This document shows, piece after piece, positions 41,786-43,690 of a DNA stretch of 43,690 nt (positions are counted from its first letter, which is position 1; each line of letters starts with the position of its first letter). The notes beneath the pieces are model-generated. The model saw only the letters and a list, made by a program, of their open reading frames with translations. It was not told the origin of the DNA and searched no databases. The translations under genes and the position numbers were made by a program. Source of the DNA: a virus; the IMG/VR virus record IMGVR_UViG_3300028830_000013, positions 1 through 43,690 of that record; one strand, written 5' to 3'.

Positions 41786-42306
41786 CGCCCAGCCGATTCC
41801 AGCGCTCCATGGCCTTCGCCTTTCACGTCGAGGGCGGGCATGCGCATCACCCGCTCGACCGTGGGGGGGAGACGCATTATGGCATTACCCAATCGACTTA
41901 TGCGCTCTGGCGCGCGGCACAGAAGTTGCCACAGCAGCCGGTCAAGTTAATCACGCGCGATGAGGCGGAATCGATCTACCGCGATTTCTACTGGATCGCG
42001 GGAAACTGCGACGAGTTGCCGGCGCCGGTCGATATGGTGCATTTCGACGCCTGCGTCAATCACGGCGTGGGCAAGGCGGCGCGCATGCTGCAGTCCGTCG
42101 CCGCCGTGATGCCTGATGGCGACATCGGCCCGGTCACGCTGGCGGCCGTGCGCGCGGCAGACCCCGACTTGCTCGCGCGACGTTACGTCGAGCGGCGGCG
42201 CAAGTTCTACGGCGAGATCGTCGCCGCAATCCCGAGCCAGGCCGTGTTTCAGCGCGGCTGGCTCAATCGCATGGATGCACTGACCAAGGAGATTCAAATT
42301 GCGTAA
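41782..42306 (+). CDS. Endolysin, GH108 N-domain plus PG_binding_3 C-domain
   Basis: HVEGGHAHHPLDRGGETHYGIT fits the GH108 EGG...GG.T.YGIT pattern, and DGDIGPVTLAA is a PG-binding motif. Confidence 0.8.
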   Translation: MTPSRFQRSMAFAFHVEGGHAHHPLDRGGETHYGITQSTYALWRAAQKLPQQPVKLITRDEAESIYRDFYWIAGNCDELPAPVDMVHFDACVNHGVGKAARMLQSVAAVMPDGDIGPVTLAAVRAADPDLLARRYVERRRKFYGEIVAAIPSQAVFQRGWLNRMDALTKEIQIA

Positions 42307-42661
42307 ATTGATTGTTGCCGCGGCGCTCGGCGTCGCGGCGTCGTCCACCTTCGCCGGCTCGGCGAATCTCGCGTGGAACGCCAGCGCAACGACCGGGCAA
42401 AACGCACCGACCGGCTATAACGTCTATTTCGGCACCACCAAGGGCGGTCCGTACCCGACCAAGCAGGCGGCGGGACTGAACCTGACCGCGACCGTGCCGA
42501 ACCTGACGGGCGGCTTGCAATACTGCTTTGTCGTGACCGCCTTCAACACGGCCGGCGAAAGCGGCTTCAGCAATGAGGCGTGCGCAGCGATCCCTTTTCC
42601 GCCAGCCGACAGCGCACCGAGCGCGCCTGCAGCAGCGCCGAGCGTAACCGCGACGCCTTGA
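42299..42661 (+). CDS. Secreted fibronectin type III-like protein
   Basis: TTG start with AAGGAG 8 nt upstream. The signal peptide is MRKLIVAAALGVAASSTFA with no lipobox Cys. It has the FN3-like NLAWNAS...GYNVYFGT...YCFVVTAFNTAGES. Confidence 0.6.
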   Translation: MRKLIVAAALGVAASSTFAGSANLAWNASATTGQNAPTGYNVYFGTTKGGPYPTKQAAGLNLTATVPNLTGGLQYCFVVTAFNTAGESGFSNEACAAIPFPPADSAPSAPAAAPSVTATP

Positions 42662-42717
42662 GCTGTTGGCTACTCGATCAACTATTCCGGCGCGGATTCT
42701 TGAAACAGGAGTGAGCC

Positions 42718-43026
42718 ATGACGCGACTTTGGGCGATCATCACCGCGCTGCAGGCCGGGCGCGAGCTGGGCAACGTCGAGCGGTGGAAGAACGTTCAGGC
42801 CGTCACGGCTGCGCTCGTGGCGCTGCTTTCGGCGCTGTCGGCGTTCCTGCCGCCGGAGCTGCGGCCCGATGATGCGCAAGTCGCGTCGCTTGCTGGCGGC
42901 GCCGCTACTCTCGGCAGCCTGCTCGTCGTGTATTGGACCTACGCCACAAGCAAGCGCGTGGGACTGCCGCCCGGCGGGGCTGAGCCTCTTGACCCGCCCG
43001 ACCTCGGCATCCCCCGCGCCGACTGA
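42718..43026 (+). CDS. Small membrane protein (holin/antiholin candidate)
   Basis: 102 aa with two hydrophobic segments (AVTAALVALLSALSAFL and AGGAATLGSLLVVYWTY). Confidence 0.5.
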   Translation: MTRLWAIITALQAGRELGNVERWKNVQAVTAALVALLSALSAFLPPELRPDDAQVASLAGGAATLGSLLVVYWTYATSKRVGLPPGGAEPLDPPDLGIPRAD

Positions 43027-43096
43027 TCTGCCGGGACTCGTCGCGCGCATCGAGGGCGCGATGATCTACGGCCGTTGCACTTTTTGACAGAGGAGC

Positions 43097-43387
43097 ATGA
43101 CCATGCAATACATCACCATCCTGCGCACGATCCTCGCGCTGCTGCCGACCATCATCGAGGTAATCAAGGCGATCGAAGCCGCGATTCCCGGCACAGGGCA
43201 GGGCAAAGCCAAACTGGAGGCGGTGCGCCAGATCCTCGAAGCGAGCAGCGCGGTGGCCGGCGAGACGGCCAATCAGTTTGCGGCGCTGTGGCCCGCACTG
43301 CAGGTGAGCATCGGCGCGATCGTGGCGCTGTTCAATTCGTCCGGCGTGTTCAGGTCGCGCAACTCGGACACTGACGCGCAGACGTGA
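43097..43387 (+). CDS. Holin-like protein (LL-H-type pattern)
   Basis: N-terminal TM segment ILRTILALLPTIIEVIKAIE followed by PGTGQGKAKLEAV, as in LL-H-family holins. GAGGAG lies upstream. Confidence 0.5.
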   Translation: MTMQYITILRTILALLPTIIEVIKAIEAAIPGTGQGKAKLEAVRQILEASSAVAGETANQFAALWPALQVSIGAIVALFNSSGVFRSRNSDTDAQT

Positions 43388-43544
43388 CCCTAATCCGCAC
43401 CTACATCCTGGGGCTGCGCCTGCGCGCCGATGCGCCGTGGCCGAGCCAGATCAAGGGGCGGGCTGGTCGGTGGTTGAGGTTGCGGGTGATACAATTGCTG
43501 CAGGCTTAGCCCTACGAGGTCATCGACGAGGATGGCCGCCTTCG

Positions 43545-43578
43545 ACGCTCGGGAAATCCCGAGCGTTGTCGTTTTCAG
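43545..43578 (+). terminator. Terminator-like hairpin straddling the left edge of the attR repeat
   Basis: ACGCTCGGG-AAAT-CCCGAGCGT (43545-43566) followed by TGTCGTTTTC. The first 5 nt lie outside the 141-bp repeat. Confidence 0.5.
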
Positions 43579-43690
43579 AGCCCATTCCGGGCGGCTTTAC
43601 ACGTGGCAAACCCCGCAAACCCACGTTCTACAGGGAACCATACCGCCTGCAAAGCCGTGTACGCCGGTTCGATTCCGACCCCCGCCTCCA
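43550..43690 (+). repeat. attR copy of the 141-bp direct repeat
   Basis: Identical to 1-141. The window ends exactly at the terminal CCA. Confidence 0.85.

Larger units (their letters stand above)
1..43690. mobile_element. Complete integrated temperate phage (prophage), attL to attR
   Basis: Identical 141-bp direct repeats lie at both window ends, with an integrase next to the left repeat. Between them are a lambda-like immunity region and recombination, replication, packaging, virion and lysis modules. Confidence 0.85.

Overview
The window is one complete integrated temperate phage. About 43.4 kb lies between two identical 141-bp direct repeats (1-141 and 43550-43690) that end in a tRNA/tmRNA-like T-loop and CCA. 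The sequence is GC-rich and proteobacterial in style. Most long alternative-frame ORFs in the track are GC-driven shadow ORFs. Layout, left to right: (1) attL and a tyrosine integrase (+). (2) A long leftward early operon: small proteins, Dam-like methylase, Xis-like HTH, HslV-like Ntn hydrolase, ASCH-like protein, RecT plus YqaJ exonuclease, small secreted and membrane peptides, a tandem-repeat protein, and an initiator-type tRNA-Met as the first product after PL. (3) A lambda-like immunity region: PL/OL, an intrinsic terminator, four orphan genes in the rexAB position, a short cI-like repressor, OR with three ATCAG-N4-CTGAT operators, and a Cro-like gene. (4) Rightward early genes: a convergent 81-aa gene, a strong terminator, an RHH protein, RusA, an O-like initiator with internal ori-like repeats, and a lambda-P-like protein. 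(5) TerS and TerL, then a podovirus-like virion module: T7/BPP-1-type portal, scaffold, capsid, decoration protein, tail-tubular A/B-like proteins, internal core proteins including an SLT protein and a 2057-aa polyvalent protein, a fibre, and a pectate-lyase tailspike. (6) Lysis genes and attR. The best follow-up targets are: the orphan lysogen-operon cassette at 10574-12041; the HslV-like gene with an apparent ATC start; the phage initiator tRNA; the convergent gene plus terminator after cro; a 13-mer repeated upstream of three late genes; and a low-GC BNR glycosidase-like insertion in the head module. All homology calls come from motif recognition by eye. No database search or folding program was run.
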